Shown here in pieces: positions 61,466 to 64,000 of a DNA stretch of 64,000 bases. Each line of letters opens with the position of its first letter. The first letter of the stretch is position 1. A program made the translations under genes and the position numbers. Origin of the DNA: Promethearchaeota archaeon (lineage in GTDB: Archaea; Asgardarchaeota; Lokiarchaeia; Sigyniarchaeales; SOKP01). The stretch spans positions 1 to 64,000 of the forward strand of contig JALGVJ010000004.1 of NCBI GenBank assembly GCA_029838195.1, read 5' to 3'. The notes beneath the pieces are model-generated. The model saw only the letters and a list, made by a program, of their open reading frames with translations, had not been told where the DNA came from and made no database searches.

Positions 61466-62104
61466 TTATATTTTTCTTCTCTTCCAACATTCTTCGATCA
61501 TCCATTTAAGCTTTCTAATATTGATTTTCTTTAATGCCGAGAATTCCAAATAGGGAACGACTCCTTTTTTTTCGAAATCATGGTCATTCAAGTGAATTAA
61601 TTGAATGCCATGCTCTCTGGCTTGCTCGATAAAAAAATTAAGTACACGTACGGAATCTCTTTTAGAAAGTTTATCAATTTTATTAAAAAGGATTAAATGA
61701 GGGATGTGAAATTCAGAGATAAAATTAATCAGTTCAAAACTCAATGGGATGGTATCTTTCCTCATTAAATTATACTTTACCAATTCATCCTCGATTCTCA
61801 GTACATTTATCACGATGAGTGCGAGAAAATATTTTGCATGATGCTTCTCCACGTGAACTACGATTTGTCTCTTTACATGTTCTTCTCTTCTTTTACTCGA
61901 CGATTTCATGTAGCCGAATCCTGGTAAATCAACAATTTGATATTTCAAGCCAGGTTGTGTAATTGGGCGTATTAATAAAGTGCTACCAGGCTTTTTTCCC
62001 GCTTTTCCCTTAAATTTACTCGGATGAGGTAATAATAATCTCGTTATGGAGCTTTTACCCACGTTAGAATTTCCAATAATGAGAAGAGAAGGTTTTTCTT
62101 TCAT
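61466..62104 (-). CDS. engB: EngB/YihA-family GTPase
   Basis: GNSNVGKSS, GKKPGST, DLPGFGYM, NKIDK, FSA. Confidence 0.88.
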   Translation of the reverse strand: MKEKPSLLIIGNSNVGKSSITRLLLPHPSKFKGKAGKKPGSTLLIRPITQPGLKYQIVDLPGFGYMKSSSKRREEHVKRQIVVHVEKHHAKYFLALIVINVLRIEDELVKYNLMRKDTIPLSFELINFISEFHIPHLILFNKIDKLSKRDSVRVLNFFIEQAREHGIQLIHLNDHDFEKKGVVPYLEFSALKKINIRKLKWMIEECWKRRKI

Positions 62105-62161
62105 GATACTTAATAAGATTCTAATACTTTATTCTTTTTTTCTCATCCTAATAATACAAGT

Positions 62162-63001
62162 CTAAATAAAATCAGAGAAATCCTCTTGCAAAAATTCCTT
62201 GAACATCTTTTTTTTCTCATCTTCTTTTATAACCGGTCTTGTATCAATCGGTTCTCCAACCTTTTTTAAAATGTCTTTTAAAAGTTCCACGTCCACATTA
62301 ATTTTAAATTTGCCTCCCAACATGTATCGTATTACCCGTACGCCATTAATCTCTAATTTCAAGAGATGACCCAAACCAAAATAAAATTTATGCGATTCAA
62401 TGGGATCAATAGGACTTTTACTTACTTTTTCTTTCAACATTTCATACAATAACTCCTTACTCGCCACGTGATCTTCTACATTAAAAGTCAAGTAATAAAG
62501 CGCATGATAATAAATCTTGTTTCTTTTATTTTTTAAATATTTCAAGAATTGTTCTGGTGTCCATTCTTCTTTTTCTACGCTTTTTTTCCTTTTTATGAGC
62601 TCATCTTCAATTTTCTTTTCGATGAGAGTTTTTGCACCATTTTTGATGCTTACGCTCTTTTCTGCCGTTTCGTTCTCCATCATTTCTCCATATTTTACCA
62701 ATTCAATTGCTTCTTTCATTTCTCTTAACTCATCTAGATCCATTTTTCCCAAATCAGAAAAATCTGCTATTAAATCGGTTTGATATCCCCTTTTGGCTTC
62801 TTGATCCCGTTTAATTGCATCTATTCCATCATTTCGGGGCTTTCCATTCATTTTTTTGACTTGTTCTATTGCTTCTTGTATTTCCTGAATTTCTTCGATG
62901 TCCAATTCTTCCAGATCAGAGAAGTCCGTTTTAAGTTGCTCCATCTCGTTGATATATTTTTTATAATCGCTTTCTTCATGATCTTCTTCATCTTCATTCA
63001 T
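62162..63001 (-). CDS. Hypothetical protein with acidic DFSD repeats
   Basis: 279-aa ORF with a GGTGA SD; two 24-aa repeats and a terminal DFSDF. Confidence 0.75.
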   Translation of the reverse strand: MNEDEEDHEESDYKKYINEMEQLKTDFSDLEELDIEEIQEIQEAIEQVKKMNGKPRNDGIDAIKRDQEAKRGYQTDLIADFSDLGKMDLDELREMKEAIELVKYGEMMENETAEKSVSIKNGAKTLIEKKIEDELIKRKKSVEKEEWTPEQFLKYLKNKRNKIYYHALYYLTFNVEDHVASKELLYEMLKEKVSKSPIDPIESHKFYFGLGHLLKLEINGVRVIRYMLGGKFKINVDVELLKDILKKVGEPIDTRPVIKEDEKKKMFKEFLQEDFSDFI

Positions 63002-63187
63002 GTTATTATCACCTTGTGAATCCTTTCTTATGGTTTATTTTTTAAGTGAAGTGCTTTCAAAAAACAAATTAATCTTGTTCTCTTCTATATTTATCATGAA
63101 GCTCTTAATAATTAAAATTAAGCACATCTAACTAAAATGAGGAAATAAAGAATTATTTAAATTAGAACAGAAAAAAATGACAAGAAT

Positions 63188-64000
63188 TCAAGTCCTCTTG
63201 TATATGAATCGTTCCCAACTCGATTTGTTGGGGAGTTCCTCCTTCATGCCCTTTCTCTTGCGTATTTCAAATATTAGATCCTTTTCAATATTAGCAGGAA
63301 CTTTTTCAAATCCTTTAAATTCATAACCGAAGAATGCTCTACCTTGCGTGGTGCCTCTAATTTCATCTGCAATTCCAATCAATTCAGCAGCAGGAAGCTC
63401 TCCTTTTACTCTAACAAATTCTCCTTCAGGAATCACGTCAATAACTTGCCCTCGATGTTTATTTATGGTTGAAATAACACCACTTTCAGTACCTTGGGGA
63501 GTTTTAACATCTATAATTTGTATGGGTTCATATAAATGAGGATCTGCATCAAGCATCGCTAAAGAAAGAGCGGAATACGTCATACTGGCAGTTTGAGCAA
63601 ATTGCGTGTGGCGAGGATCTTCGTGAATTGTTAAATCCGTGAACACGGCTTTTATTCCCATGGCTGGTTCCCGTGCTAAAATGCACTCTTCCGTCCAACT
63701 TCGAAAGGCACTCACCAAATCGTTCTTAATTCGATCGAATCGTTGTAATCCGGAAGCTCCATTAACCAAGGCATTTCCTTTATACACGTCAACGATTCTT
63801 CTAGCTTCTTTCATATCCCATCCCGCTTCTTTATTAAGAATTTGGGCACGTTCTTTTTCATTCATCAAATCCGTGATCTTTCCCGTTTCAATTAATTTTT
63901 CTGCAACGGGATCAAGGGGTTCTACGTATAAGAGAATACGATTATGCGCATTAGAAGATTTTGTATAAAATTCTCGGCTTTTCTTGGTAACTTTTTCCCG
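63188..64000 (-). CDS. fusA: Translation elongation factor aEF-2 (or paralog), 3' part; 5' end lies outside the window
   Basis: Frame open to the window edge (REKVTKKS..SSNAHNR..VEPL); AREP, IHEDPRH, LYEPIQ, IRGTTQGRA, IRKRKGM. Confidence 0.93.
   Translation of the reverse strand, partial: REKVTKKSREFYTKSSNAHNRILLYVEPLDPVAEKLIETGKITDLMNEKERAQILNKEAGWDMKEARRIVDVYKGNALVNGASGLQRFDRIKNDLVSAFRSWTEECILAREPAMGIKAVFTDLTIHEDPRHTQFAQTASMTYSALSLAMLDADPHLYEPIQIIDVKTPQGTESGVISTINKHRGQVIDVIPEGEFVRVKGELPAAELIGIADEIRGTTQGRAFFGYEFKGFEKVPANIEKDLIFEIRKRKGMKEELPNKSSWERFIYKRT

Noticed and set aside
1-64000. CRISPR arrays, tRNA/rRNA genes, transposases, integrases
   Set aside because: No regularly spaced repeats, GC-rich cloverleaf/rRNA segments or recombinase motifs were seen by eye; small or intron-split RNAs could have been missed

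Overview
AT-rich archaeal chromosomal window that is almost certainly from an Asgard archaeon (Lokiarchaeia-like). This inference rests on gene content: a gelsolin-domain protein, two Roadblock proteins, an MFS-longin fusion, Rab-like and Arf/Rag-like small GTPases, Fae-Hps, a PlsY fusion, and an EF-2 with a non-HRG diphthamide loop. The window holds a rearranged ribosomal/RNAP/KEOPS cluster (8.3-15.3 kb), peptidases, lipid and acyl-CoA genes, a GH4/MFS sugar module, acs, tfb, taw1, thrH, engB and the 3' part of EF-2. I saw no tRNA, rRNA, CRISPR array or mobile element. The most notable observations are: (1) a GNAT fused to a CoA-transferase domain that lacks its catalytic Glu, placed head-to-head with acs (candidate acyl-CoA-sensing acetylation switch); (2) a FadD / lysoplasmalogenase / PlsY-kinase lipid-remodelling cluster; (3) a TrmB-like protein split by a ~600-aa coiled coil with an aromatic-basic tip at its midpoint; (4) a sharp local GC-skew inversion with palindromes at ~44.3 kb (origin-like); (5) a tandem K-turn in the rpl7ae leader; (6) rpo7 apparently starting at ATT; (7) a gelsolin gene translationally coupled to a B12 radical SAM gene; (8) a wHTH insertion in Taw1; (9) a pseudo-GTPase/TPR solenoid protein. 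All family calls come from motif recognition by eye; no searches were run.
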